Source: Gammaproteobacteria bacterium
GTDB lineage: Bacteria; Pseudomonadota; Gammaproteobacteria; Nevskiales; Nevskiaceae
NCBI GenBank assembly: GCA_031384195.1
Contig: JANNAK010000036.1
Coordinates: 1-50,564, forward strand
Direction: 5' to 3'
DNA: 50,564 nt
Part shown: one piece after another, positions 12,358 through 21,288 of the stretch
How positions within the stretch are numbered: position 1 is the first letter of the stretch
Layout: each line of letters begins with the position of its first letter
Position numbers and translations under genes: made by a program
Notes under the pieces: generated by a model
What the model was told of the DNA's origin: nothing
The model's input: the letters and a program-made list of their open reading frames with translations, nothing else
Database searches by the model: none

Positions 12358-14833
12358 CGCGCTGGCGTATGCCGTCCGCCGCCTGCGCAAGGGCTGGCGT
12401 TCCGGTGAACTGCTGATCCTGATGCTTGCGCTCGCCGTCGCCGTGGGGGCGATGTCGGCGGTCAGCCTGTTCATTGCGAGCACCCGCGCCGCCATCGCCG
12501 GCCAGACCGGCGAGACCATGGGTGCCGACCTGATGTTCCAGTCGCGCGAGCCCTTGCCGGAGAGCGTGGTCGGGCCGGCGGGCCGCAGCGGCCTGCGACA
12601 AACACGGAACATGGTGTTCGCCAGTGTCGTGCTCAACGGCGAGTTCACCGCACTGGCGTCGATCAAGTCGGTGGAGCCGGGCTATCCCTTGCGCGGCGTG
12701 CTGCGCGTCGCAGAGCAGCCGTTCGGTCCTGCCCGTCCGGCGACGGGCATCCCCGCACCGGGCGAGGTCTGGGTCGACCTGCGCCTGTGGCAGGAGCTGC
12801 ATTTGCAACCGGGCGGCTCGATTCAGGCCGGAGCCGTGCAGCTGAAAGTCGGCGCGCTGCTCACCGAGGAGCCGGGGCGCGGCACCGGGTTCAGCGACCT
12901 TGCGCCACGGTTGTTGATGAACAGCGCCGATCTTGCCGCCACCGGACTGCTGGTGCCGGGCTCGCGGGCGCAATATCAATTGATGCTGGCCGGCGACAGC
13001 GACAAGCTCGCGCCGCTGCAAGCGATCAGCTTGCCGCGCGGGGTGCGGCGGGTGGCGCCCGAGGAGGCGCGGCCGGAGTTGACGCGCGCGCTCGAAAACT
13101 CCTACGGCTTCCTCGCGTTGGCGCGCCTGTCGGCAACGCTGCTGGCCGCTGCCGCCATTGCACTCTGTGCCTGGCAATGGGGCCAGAAACTGCGGGACGA
13201 AGTGGCCTTGCTCAAGTGCCTGGGCGCGTCCAGCGACTGGATCCTCGATGCACTGACCATGATGTTGTTGTTGCTCGGCCTGGGCGCGTCGCTGGCGGGG
13301 GCACTGCTGGGCCTGGGGGCGCATCAGTTGCTGGGGGCGTTGCTGGAGTCGCTGATGCAAATTGAGTTGCCGCCGCCGCCATTGTTGATGCCGCTGGGCC
13401 GCTCGGCGGCGCTGGCGCTGGTGCTGCTGTTCGGCTTCGCGCTGCCGCCGATCCTGCAGGCTCGCGCCACCTCGCCGATCCGGGTGTTCCAGCGCGACCC
13501 GCACGTCCCGGCCCGGCGACTGCCGATGCTGGCGGCGGTGGCGGCGCTGGCCGCCGCGTTGTGGCTGCAGACCTCGTCCTGGCAATTTGCCGGAATCATC
13601 CTGGGCAGCGTGGCGGCGGTCGCGCTGGTGTTGGCACTGTTCGGCGCCCTGCTGGTGCAGGCGCTGGCGCCGATGAAGCGCGCGGTGGGCACGTCGTGGC
13701 GGTTTGGACTTGGGAATATCTCCCGCCGGCGGGTCGCCACCGTCGTGCAGGTGGTGGCGCTGGGGCTGTCGCTGCAAGCCTTGCTGTTGGTGACGGTGGT
13801 TCGACAGGACCTGCTGTCGACCTGGCGTGGCGCCCTGCCGGCCAATACGCCAAACCAGTTCCTGATCAATATCCAGACCGGGCAAATTCCAGGCCTGCGG
13901 AAGTTTTTCGCCGACCGTGGCTACGCGGAGCCCCTGTTCTGGCCGATGGCCCGGGGTCGGCTGACGCACCTGAAGGGCAAGCCGGTCAGCGCCGACACCT
14001 TTGACGACCCGCGCACCAAGTACTGGGTCAACCGCGATTTCAACCTGTCATGGACCGACACCCTGGGCGACGACAACACCATTACCGAAGGGCAGTGGTG
14101 GGGCAAGTCCGGCCGGGGCAAGCCGCTGCTGTCCGCCGACAAGTCGGCGGTTGAGGGACTCGGCTTGAAGCTCGGCGACACCCTGACGCTGGATTTTGCC
14201 GGCACCCCGGTTGAATTTACCGTGGACAACTTTCGTAGCGTGAAATGGGACAGCTTTCGTCCGAACTTCTTCCTGCTGGCGCCGCCGGGCGTGCTCGAGG
14301 ACCGCGCGGCGGCCCAATGGTTAACCAGCTTCTACCTGGGCGCCGAGCAGCGCGGCCTGCTGCGCGAGCTGATCACGAACTTTCCCAACGTGACGGTGCT
14401 CGACATCGACGCCTTGATCAGCCAGGTGCGCACCATCATGGATCGCATCGTGCGGGCGGTGGAATTTATCTTCCTGTTTACGCTGGCCGCCGGGGTTACT
14501 GTGCTGCTCGCCGCCATCGAGGCCACGCGCGGCGAACGCGTTCGGGAGACCGGCCTGCTGCGGGCTCTGGGTGCACCGGGCTCGATTATCACCCGCGGCC
14601 TGTTGGCCGAATACGCGGTGCTGGGAGCCCTGGCCGGAACGGTGGCGGCGATTGCGGCACAAGTCGCCGCCTGGCTGTTGGCCGAATACGTGTTCCGGAT
14701 TCCCTATGGCCTGCGGCCGGTGCTTTGGCTGACCGGCGCGGGGGCCGGTGCGAGCCTGGTCACGCTACTCGGCTGGTGGTCGCTGCGCAGCACCTTGAAC
14801 ACCCCGCCGCACCAGGTGCTGCGCAGCGCCTAG
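12350..14833 (+). CDS. ybbP: ABC transporter permease, duplicated FtsX/MacB-type (YbbP-like)
   Basis: ATG 12350 overlaps the ybbA stop by 8 nt. About 827 aa with two FtsX-like 4-TM modules separated by a large soluble domain. Synteny tesA / ybbA-ybbP. Confidence 0.8.
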   Translation: MGSALAYAVRRLRKGWRSGELLILMLALAVAVGAMSAVSLFIASTRAAIAGQTGETMGADLMFQSREPLPESVVGPAGRSGLRQTRNMVFASVVLNGEFTALASIKSVEPGYPLRGVLRVAEQPFGPARPATGIPAPGEVWVDLRLWQELHLQPGGSIQAGAVQLKVGALLTEEPGRGTGFSDLAPRLLMNSADLAATGLLVPGSRAQYQLMLAGDSDKLAPLQAISLPRGVRRVAPEEARPELTRALENSYGFLALARLSATLLAAAAIALCAWQWGQKLRDEVALLKCLGASSDWILDALTMMLLLLGLGASLAGALLGLGAHQLLGALLESLMQIELPPPPLLMPLGRSAALALVLLFGFALPPILQARATSPIRVFQRDPHVPARRLPMLAAVAALAAALWLQTSSWQFAGIILGSVAAVALVLALFGALLVQALAPMKRAVGTSWRFGLGNISRRRVATVVQVVALGLSLQALLLVTVVRQDLLSTWRGALPANTPNQFLINIQTGQIPGLRKFFADRGYAEPLFWPMARGRLTHLKGKPVSADTFDDPRTKYWVNRDFNLSWTDTLGDDNTITEGQWWGKSGRGKPLLSADKSAVEGLGLKLGDTLTLDFAGTPVEFTVDNFRSVKWDSFRPNFFLLAPPGVLEDRAAAQWLTSFYLGAEQRGLLRELITNFPNVTVLDIDALISQVRTIMDRIVRAVEFIFLFTLAAGVTVLLAAIEATRGERVRETGLLRALGAPGSIITRGLLAEYAVLGALAGTVAAIAAQVAAWLLAEYVFRIPYGLRPVLWLTGAGAGASLVTLLGWWSLRSTLNTPPHQVLRSA

Positions 14834-14854
14834 CGTCAGCGCGCCGCCTTCGCA

Positions 14855-15049
14855 TCAAAGCTGAGCAAGGGCGATCGGCGCGCGCTCGAGTGCTGGCTCG
14901 AACAGGGCTTCGACCGCCTCGAGCTGAGTAAACACGACCTTGGTGCCCGCCTCGATTGCGAGGGCCTTCCGGATTTCGGCGCGGATGGTGACTTGCCCCT
15001 TCGTTGTGACGGTCGCTCCGGGGACACCGCCAAAGCCTGACCCGCGCAT
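14855..15049 (-). CDS. AbrB/MazE/SpoVT-family DNA-binding protein (orphan antitoxin-like)
   Basis: 64 aa from ATG 15049 (the ORF track extends to TTG 15076). TVTTKGQVTIRAEIRKALAIEAGTKVVF is the swapped-hairpin AbrB/SpoVT motif. No partner toxin ORF fits in the 21 nt before the ybbP stop. Confidence 0.45.
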   Translation of the reverse strand: MRGSGFGGVPGATVTTKGQVTIRAEIRKALAIEAGTKVVFTQLEAVEALFEPALERAPIALAQL

Positions 15050-15123
15050 GGGGTCACTGCACGCCTCGTTGGTCAAAAAAAGGCGGAACGAGCGTTTCGC
15101 ACTACTCTGCCTGTGACCTAAAG

Positions 15124-16383
15124 TCAGGCCGCAAACGCCTCCGCCATCAATCTCGACTCCCCTTCGGGAATTCCCAGCCGCGCCGCCTCCTTCTGCCAGC
15201 CACCGATCGCGCCGCGCACTTTCTTTAGTATCTGGGCAGCGTCTTTTTTTGAGAGGCCATAGTCCCGGTGCGCCTCCATGACGATCCCGACATCACAATG
15301 CGTGTCCACTTCGTTGATTGCGAGTGACAGCTCGGTGCGATCGGGGGTGGGGTTCATGTCGTAAGCCGGGGACAGTGTGATGCCCTGCAGTGTCAGCAGG
15401 AAGCCGTGGTTGCGCAGATGGTCGTCGGTGTTGTGGATCAGCACGTTGAACACCACGCGCCGGAACAATTCGAGGCAGTCCGCGTGGGTGTTCGCGCCGC
15501 GCGACTGCAGCAAATCCACCAATTCCAGGTAGCTGGCGCCGGGCTCGCCGTCCTTGCGCTGCGTCAGCGTCATGGCTGAGACAAACGCCAGCCGGCGTCC
15601 CGCTTCGGTGCGGTCGAAGCGGCGAGCGACGAATGTAGTGTGAGGACTTCCAGGCAGGCGCAGCGGCCGCACCGGCGGCACCTTGATGCCCGCCTTTGCC
15701 GCGAGCCGGTGGGCCACCAGCTCCCAGGCGCCGATATCGCGGGTGTCCTGCCGACTGGGAAACTTGGCGATGCACAGCGCGCCGTCCACGTCCCGCACCG
15801 ACGCCTTGGGCCGCGCGCCGCCCAGCGAGGTGCCCGGTGCGAAGATCTGCGAAAGCCAGCGCTCGTAGTCGGGATGCTGCTCGTCGTCCAGGTGTTGCTC
15901 GAACTGGAGGCTCGCGGCCTGTAGTTCGCGAAGCGAGGCGATGGGCGGCGCGGCGAAGTCATTGTCGCTGTCGAGGAATATTCCACTTGCGGGATCGCGA
16001 AACCTCAGCGCGCCCATGCGGGTTTCGTCGTGCACGCCGAGCAGGAAATCCCATTCCGTCAGGGATCTGGGCTTGCGGTCCTCCTTGCGGGCGCGCAGGT
16101 TTTCGCGCCGCTGCATCAGCCCGCGGCCCCAGCGATCGGGCGATGAATCCAGAAAGATTCCGAAGTTCTCCCGCCCGCCCGGCGGATACTGCGGGCCGCT
16201 AACCAGCGCGAGGTCCGGGTCGAATGCGAACGCCTCCGGCCGTTTCAGCCACGCCGGGTCGTAAGCGAATGAAAACACACCGCCCGATTTGCCAGACTGG
16301 TGCCGAAGTTCACCCATCGACTGCGGTTCATCGAACGCGTCCAGGTCCGCATGGACAGCGACGGTGTCGAGGCCGCGCCTCAT
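15124..16383 (-). CDS. hipA: type II toxin-antitoxin system HipA-family Ser/Thr kinase toxin
   Basis: 419 aa. N-terminal HipA coupling domain (GVFSFAYDPAWL), SLGGARPK ATP-binding loop, catalytic VLIHNTDDHLRNHGFL. Its start overlaps the hipB stop (ATGA at 16380-16383). Confidence 0.85.
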   Translation of the reverse strand: MRRGLDTVAVHADLDAFDEPQSMGELRHQSGKSGGVFSFAYDPAWLKRPEAFAFDPDLALVSGPQYPPGGRENFGIFLDSSPDRWGRGLMQRRENLRARKEDRKPRSLTEWDFLLGVHDETRMGALRFRDPASGIFLDSDNDFAAPPIASLRELQAASLQFEQHLDDEQHPDYERWLSQIFAPGTSLGGARPKASVRDVDGALCIAKFPSRQDTRDIGAWELVAHRLAAKAGIKVPPVRPLRLPGSPHTTFVARRFDRTEAGRRLAFVSAMTLTQRKDGEPGASYLELVDLLQSRGANTHADCLELFRRVVFNVLIHNTDDHLRNHGFLLTLQGITLSPAYDMNPTPDRTELSLAINEVDTHCDVGIVMEAHRDYGLSKKDAAQILKKVRGAIGGWQKEAARLGIPEGESRLMAEAFAA

Positions 16384-16703
16384 GACCGACCCACCCGCCG
16401 AGGCGCTCGCACGCGCACATCGAGTTGTGAATACTGCAGCTTGCGGCCCAGTATGTCGTCTACCGCGATCCGGCCTAGGTCGTCTTCCATGCCGAGGGCT
16501 TGCAGGACGCGGGCATAGGTTCCGATCGCAACCACGGAATCACCCTTCTCGACCCGATAAAGCGTCTTGCGTGAGATGCCCGCGCGCTGCGCGACCGTTT
16601 GCGCCGAGTAAGCGCGGCGCAGGCGAGCCTTGCGGATGTGTTCACCCAGGCCCTCAAGGAGTCGGCTCAGGCGCGGTAGTAACGGCGGGGCTGTTCTAGA
16701 CAT
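16380..16703 (-). CDS. hipB: XRE-family helix-turn-helix antitoxin HipB
   Basis: 107 aa. HTH_XRE core LGEHIRKARLRRAYSAQTVAQRAGISRKTLYRVEKGD. Translationally coupled to hipA. Confidence 0.8.
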   Translation of the reverse strand: MSRTAPPLLPRLSRLLEGLGEHIRKARLRRAYSAQTVAQRAGISRKTLYRVEKGDSVVAIGTYARVLQALGMEDDLGRIAVDDILGRKLQYSQLDVRVRAPRRVGRS

Positions 16704-16790
16704 AACGGGTCATATCGTACACAAAAATAACAGCGAACGGGTAATTTATGACCCATTAAAGTTGAACAACAATGCAACCCCGTCGTCCCG
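16704..16790 (-). promoter_or_regulatory. AT-rich hipBA promoter/operator region with inverted and direct repeats
   Basis: Inverted repeat GGGTCATA (16707-16714) / TATGACCC (16747-16754). Direct repeat AACGGGT at 16704-16710 and 16736-16742. On the minus strand, TTGTTG-17 nt-ATAAAT with the distal half-site over the -10. Local GC is about 37-45 percent, against a much higher background. Confidence 0.4.
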
Positions 16791-17026
16791 GATTTGGCGG
16801 ATCGCTGACTTCCTTTTCAAAGTCAGGAGCTTGGTGGCTACCATCCCTCCAACAGGGGCGCAACTTGAACGAAGCCGAAACACGCGCCGAGCAGATGGGC
16901 GCTTCAACAGCAAGCAGCGAGTGTTCATCAAATACCTGTACCAGAGCGCGGCATGACCGCCTGCGCTTTTTTCGCTATCCTCGCGTCCCCCAGAATCACC
17001 CCTTAACGAACTCCGGGAGTTGCCCC

Positions 17027-18004
17027 ATGAAACAGCCCGTTCGCGTAGCCGTCACCGGCGCCGCTGGCCAGATTGCCTACTCGCTCATTTTCCGCATCGC
17101 CGCGGGCGACCTGTTGGGCAAGGACCAGCCCGTCATCCTGCACCTCCTCGACATCCCGGACATGATCGAGAAGCTGAAGGGCACGGTGATGGAAATTGAC
17201 GACTGCGCCTTCCCGCTGGTTCGCGGCATTGTCGCCAGCGGCAATCCGGAGGAGGCCTTTGAGGGCGTGCACTACGCCCTGCTGGTGGGTGCGCGTCCGC
17301 GCGGCCCCGGCATGGAGCGCAAGGACCTGCTGACCGCCAACGCCGCCATTTTCTCGGTGCAGGGCAAGGCGCTGTCCGACAAGGCCGATCGCGACGTCCG
17401 CGTCCTGGTCGTCGGCAACCCGGCCAACACCAACGCCCTGATTGCGGCGACCAACGCGAGGAAGCTCGACCCGAAGCAGTTCAATGCGATGGTGCGCCTG
17501 GACCACAACCGGGCGCTGTCACAGCTGGCGGCGAAGACCGGCGGACACGCCAATGACATCCAGAAGATGATCATCTGGGGCAACCACAGCGCCACCCAGT
17601 ACCCCGACATTTCGCACTGCACCGTCGGCGGCAAGCCGGCCAAGTCGCTGGTGGACCAGAACTGGATCGAGAAGGACTTCATCCCGGTGGTGCAGCAGCG
17701 CGGTGCGGCCATTATCAAGGCCCGCGGCCTTTCGTCGGCCGCGTCGGCCGCCTCGGCAGCGATCGACCATGTGCGCGACTGGGCGCTGGGCAGCAACGGC
17801 AAGTGGGTCTCGATGGGCGTGCCTTCGGATGGCAGCTACGGCATTGCGCCGGGCGTGGTCTACGGTTACCCCTGCACCACCAGGAACGGCCAGTACGAAA
17901 TCGTGCAGGGCTTGTCGGTGGACGAGTTCTCGCGCGCGCGCATGGACGCGACCGAGAAGGAACTGCGCGAAGAGCGCGCGGCGATCGAGGAACTGCTGAA
18001 GTAA
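17027..18004 (+). CDS. mdh: malate dehydrogenase (LDH-like type 2 MDH)
   Basis: ORF 16772..18004 trimmed to ATG 17027 ([44 protein letters not shown]). Also [16 protein letters not shown] and IWGNHS blocks. Confidence 0.92.
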   Translation: MKQPVRVAVTGAAGQIAYSLIFRIAAGDLLGKDQPVILHLLDIPDMIEKLKGTVMEIDDCAFPLVRGIVASGNPEEAFEGVHYALLVGARPRGPGMERKDLLTANAAIFSVQGKALSDKADRDVRVLVVGNPANTNALIAATNARKLDPKQFNAMVRLDHNRALSQLAAKTGGHANDIQKMIIWGNHSATQYPDISHCTVGGKPAKSLVDQNWIEKDFIPVVQQRGAAIIKARGLSSAASAASAAIDHVRDWALGSNGKWVSMGVPSDGSYGIAPGVVYGYPCTTRNGQYEIVQGLSVDEFSRARMDATEKELREERAAIEELLK

Positions 18005-18054
18005 GCGCGGCGTCAGGGCGCGACAGAAGGGGCGAATCCGCGGGCAGATTCCGG

Positions 18055-18083
18055 GCAAAAAAGAGCCGGCTTTCGCCGGCTCT
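18055..18083 (-). terminator. Rho-independent terminator of the OM beta-barrel gene (may also stop mdh)
   Basis: 9-bp stem AGAGCCGGC (18062-18070) / GCCGGCTCT (18075-18083) with a 4-nt loop. On the minus strand it is followed by a T6 run (18056-18061). It lies between convergent mdh and the 18104..18706 gene. Confidence 0.6.
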
Positions 18084-18103
18084 GTGCACAGCCCAGGAAA
18101 CTC

Positions 18104-18706
18104 TTAGAAGCTGTAGCTCACGCCAATGCGCAGGTCGGTCACGTCCACGTCGCCGCCGCCTGAGGCGGCGTCGACGCTGCCCATGTAGGTGCGGTAGTCC
18201 ACCACGCCGCCCCACTCCTTGGTGAATGCGTACTTGGCACCGACGTCGAGTTCCAGCCCGCTGGTGTCATCAGTAGTGAGGTATCCGACGGTGCCAATGA
18301 ACGAAAACGGTTGGTCCGCCATCAGAATCACGCCGCCGTGGACGCCGAAGCCTGACTGATCCGGAACAAAGTTGTCAAAGCCGAAGCTGACGTATTCCGC
18401 CTTGGCCAGCCACATGGTGCCCTTGCTCAGTTCCCCGGCATAACCGCCGCCGACGCGAATCTGATCAATCTTCAGATTGGAATCTTTAAGCGTGGTCGCC
18501 TCGTACTCGCCATGGATGAACCAGTTCGGATTGACCATGCCCCAGCCACGTACGCCAAAACCGGTGCCGCTGTCGTCATTGCCGCCACCAAAATCAACGC
18601 CCGCGTTGGTTAGGTAAACCGCCACGCTGCCGGCCGGCGCGGCCGCCATGCTGACCGCCGGAAGCATCAACGCGCCCGCGCACACGCTTAGTGCAAGTTT
18701 CTTCAC
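18104..18706 (-). CDS. small outer-membrane beta-barrel protein (OmpW/OmpA-like porin family)
   Basis: Signal peptide MKKLALSVCAGALMLPAVSMA, alternating amphipathic beta-strands, C-terminal beta-signal RIGVSYSF. Confidence 0.7.
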   Translation of the reverse strand: MKKLALSVCAGALMLPAVSMAAAPAGSVAVYLTNAGVDFGGGNDDSGTGFGVRGWGMVNPNWFIHGEYEATTLKDSNLKIDQIRVGGGYAGELSKGTMWLAKAEYVSFGFDNFVPDQSGFGVHGGVILMADQPFSFIGTVGYLTTDDTSGLELDVGAKYAFTKEWGGVVDYRTYMGSVDAASGGGDVDVTDLRIGVSYSF

Positions 18707-18765
18707 GATCCTCTCCTAGAAAAAGGTCACGATAGCCGTGACTGGGCGATTCTATAAGGTTCGGA

Positions 18766-19764
18766 GTGGTTTTCGCAGCATCCTGGCATGGCATACTTCC
18801 AAGCCCATTCCGGTCAATTCCACCCACCGTGTTGTCGGTTACCACGGCTGACCCGTCCACTCCGCTGGACGCAAACGCGCTGGCCTGTCTCGGTGCGTTT
18901 TCCGCGCTGGCTGCGCGGCAGTTTCGCCTGCCACTGGAAACTCTGGGCGGCGCGACTGCCGAGTCATGGGCGGGGTCCGCAGCCATCCAGGAAGCCTCGA
19001 CTCCGCCACTTTTCTGCGCCGCAAATGATCGGCACCTGTTTGGCTGGCTGGTGGTGGACGATGCGGAACTGGCGGATTGCGCGGGGTCGGCCGAGCGGGC
19101 CTACGCCAGGATTCGCGCCAACCTGCACCAGACGGGCTACCCCTGGCTGCTGCGCAGCTGGAACTACATTAATGACATCCACTGCGGCGTCGGCGACGAC
19201 GAGCGTTACCGCCAGTTTTGCCTTGGGCGCTACCGGGCCGTGTCTGCTGCCGGGCGGTTTGAAGAGAATCTTCCGGCCGCGACCGTCATCGGTACGGCGC
19301 AGCCCGGCATGCAGATCTGCTTCCTCGCCGGGAAGGTGCCGGGCGTGCAGGTGGAGAATCCGCGGCAGACGCCCGCGTTCCGGTATCCGCGCGATTACGG
19401 TCCCGCCAGCCCCAGCTTTTCCCGCGCCACGCTATTGCGCGACGAACGCCTGCTGCTGATGTCGGGTACCGCCAGCGTCGTCGGCCATGCGACGCGTCAC
19501 CCGCACGACGTCGAGGCCCAGTGCGGCGAGATCTTCGTCAACATTCGCGCGTTGCTGCAGCGGGCCGCGGAATTGCACGACGCAGGTTCTCGATGGAGTC
19601 CCCAGCTGTTGCGCGTGTTCCTGCGCGACCCGGGCGACCTCGGCCGCATTCGCGCGCGCATTGCATTGGAATTTGGCGCTGCGGCGCCGGTGATGTACTT
19701 GCGCGGCGATATTTGTCGATTGGATCTGGCAATGGAAATTGACGGTGTTTTTTCCGCCGGCTGA
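18766..19764 (+). CDS. chorismatase-like protein (FkbO/Hyg5/XanB2 family, RidA/YjgF-like fold)
   Basis: Blocks recalled from this family: WNYINDI...ERYRQFCLGR, IGT..PGMQICFLA, ENPRQTPAFRYP..YGP.SPSFSRA, and LLMSGTASVVGH followed by a HDVEAQ block. The start (GTG 18766) is uncertain. Confidence 0.5.
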   Translation: MVFAASWHGILPSPFRSIPPTVLSVTTADPSTPLDANALACLGAFSALAARQFRLPLETLGGATAESWAGSAAIQEASTPPLFCAANDRHLFGWLVVDDAELADCAGSAERAYARIRANLHQTGYPWLLRSWNYINDIHCGVGDDERYRQFCLGRYRAVSAAGRFEENLPAATVIGTAQPGMQICFLAGKVPGVQVENPRQTPAFRYPRDYGPASPSFSRATLLRDERLLLMSGTASVVGHATRHPHDVEAQCGEIFVNIRALLQRAAELHDAGSRWSPQLLRVFLRDPGDLGRIRARIALEFGAAAPVMYLRGDICRLDLAMEIDGVFSAG

Positions 19765-21237
19765 TCAACGCACCCGGGCTACCGCCTCCAGCCAGCCCTG
19801 GTACAAAGCGTCAACCCGCGGCGCCGGCAGGGCCGGCTTGAAGCGCCGGTCGGCGCGCCACAGCTTGGCGATGGCTGGCAGTCCGTCGTAAACGCCGGCC
19901 TGCAGCCCGGCAAGGTAGGCGGCGCCCAGCGCGGTGGTCTCCACCGTTTGCGGCCGGATCACCGGGATCTTCAGCACGCTGGCCAGGAACTGTGTCAGCC
20001 AGTTGTTTACCACCATTCCGCCGTCTACCCGCAGTTCCTTCGGCGCGACCGCGTCCTTCGCCATCGCCGTCATCAGATCGCGGGTCTGGTAACACACCGA
20101 TTCCAGCGCCGCGCGAACGATGTGCGCCATGCCGGCGTCGCGGGTCAGGCCCAAGATGGCCCCGCGCGCATCAGGGTCCCAGTACGGTGCCCCCAGCCCG
20201 GTAAACGCAGGCACCAAATACACGCCCATGGTGTCGGGGATGCTGCGGGCAATGTCCTCGGTATCGCCCGCGCGCTTGATGAGGTGCGCGGCATCGCGCA
20301 GCCACTGCACGGCCGCGCCGGCGATGAAGATGCTGCCTTCCATCGCGTAGGTCGGCTTGCCCTCCAGCCGATAGGCCACGGTGGAGAGCAGGCGGTTGCT
20401 GGAGAGCTTCAGCTCGCTGCCGGTATTCAGCACCATGAAGCAGCCGGTGCCGTAGGTGCTTTTGATCATGCCCGGCGCGAAGCAGGCTTGTCCCACCGTG
20501 GCGGCCTGCTGGTCGCCCGCAATGCCGCGAATCGGGATAGCCGCGCCGAACAGCGACTTTTCGGACCGCCCGAAGTCAGCGGCCGAATCCCGGACCTCGG
20601 GCAGCATGGACGCCGGAACCCCGAATAAATCGAGCAACTCGGGATCCCACCGCTGTGTGCGCAGGTTGAACAGGAGCGTGCGCGAGGCGTTGGTCGCGTC
20701 CGTGGCGTGGACCTTGCCGGCCGTCAGTTTCCACAGCAGCCAACTGTCGATGGTGCCGAATGCCAGTTCGCCGCGGTCAGCCTTCTTTCGCGCGCCCGGC
20801 ACCTGGTCAAGGATCCAGCGGATCTTGGTGCCGGAAAAATACGGATCCAGCAGCAGGCCGGTCCTGTCAGCGAGCCAGAGTTCGCGCTCGGGCGTATGCA
20901 GCGACTTGCAGAATTCGCTGGTGCGACGGTCCTGCCAGACGATGGCCGGATAGACCGGTTTGCCGCTGGTGCGGTCCCAGACCACGGTGGTCTCGCGCTG
21001 ATTGGTGATGCCCAGGCCCGCCAGTGTGCGGGCCGGGGTGCGGGCTTTCTTCAGGGCCGAGCGGACCACCTTGACGGTGTCGGTCCAGATGCGCTCGGGG
21101 CTGTGTTCCACCCAGCCGGGCCTGGGGAAGGATTGCGGCAGCTCGGACTGGGCCACCCCCAACTTGCGCCCCTGCCGGTCAAACACGATGGCGCGGGTGC
21201 TGGTGGTGCCCTGATCGATGGCCAGAATCGCGGTCAT
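19765..21237 (-). CDS. glpK: glycerol kinase
   Basis: [20 protein letters not shown]...[11 protein letters not shown]...[12 protein letters not shown]...[13 protein letters not shown]: full-length FGGY-kinase GlpK signature. Confidence 0.93.
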   Translation of the reverse strand: MTAILAIDQGTTSTRAIVFDRQGRKLGVAQSELPQSFPRPGWVEHSPERIWTDTVKVVRSALKKARTPARTLAGLGITNQRETTVVWDRTSGKPVYPAIVWQDRRTSEFCKSLHTPERELWLADRTGLLLDPYFSGTKIRWILDQVPGARKKADRGELAFGTIDSWLLWKLTAGKVHATDATNASRTLLFNLRTQRWDPELLDLFGVPASMLPEVRDSAADFGRSEKSLFGAAIPIRGIAGDQQAATVGQACFAPGMIKSTYGTGCFMVLNTGSELKLSSNRLLSTVAYRLEGKPTYAMEGSIFIAGAAVQWLRDAAHLIKRAGDTEDIARSIPDTMGVYLVPAFTGLGAPYWDPDARGAILGLTRDAGMAHIVRAALESVCYQTRDLMTAMAKDAVAPKELRVDGGMVVNNWLTQFLASVLKIPVIRPQTVETTALGAAYLAGLQAGVYDGLPAIAKLWRADRRFKPALPAPRVDALYQGWLEAVARVR

Positions 21238-21288
21238 GTTGGCATCCCTGGAGTTGTGCTAGCGTCGTTTCACGGGGGACATTACACC

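Noticed and set aside
12284-13969. 561-aa minus-strand ORF antisense to ybbP
   Set aside because: Extremely Arg/Gln/Gly-rich low-complexity translation. This is a classic GC-rich antisense shadow, and ybbP on the plus strand is well supported.
19762-19767. TGATCA formed by the abutting stop codons of the chorismatase-like gene and glpK
   Set aside because: A consequence of two convergent TGA stops with zero spacer. I saw no terminator structure and can support no further significance.
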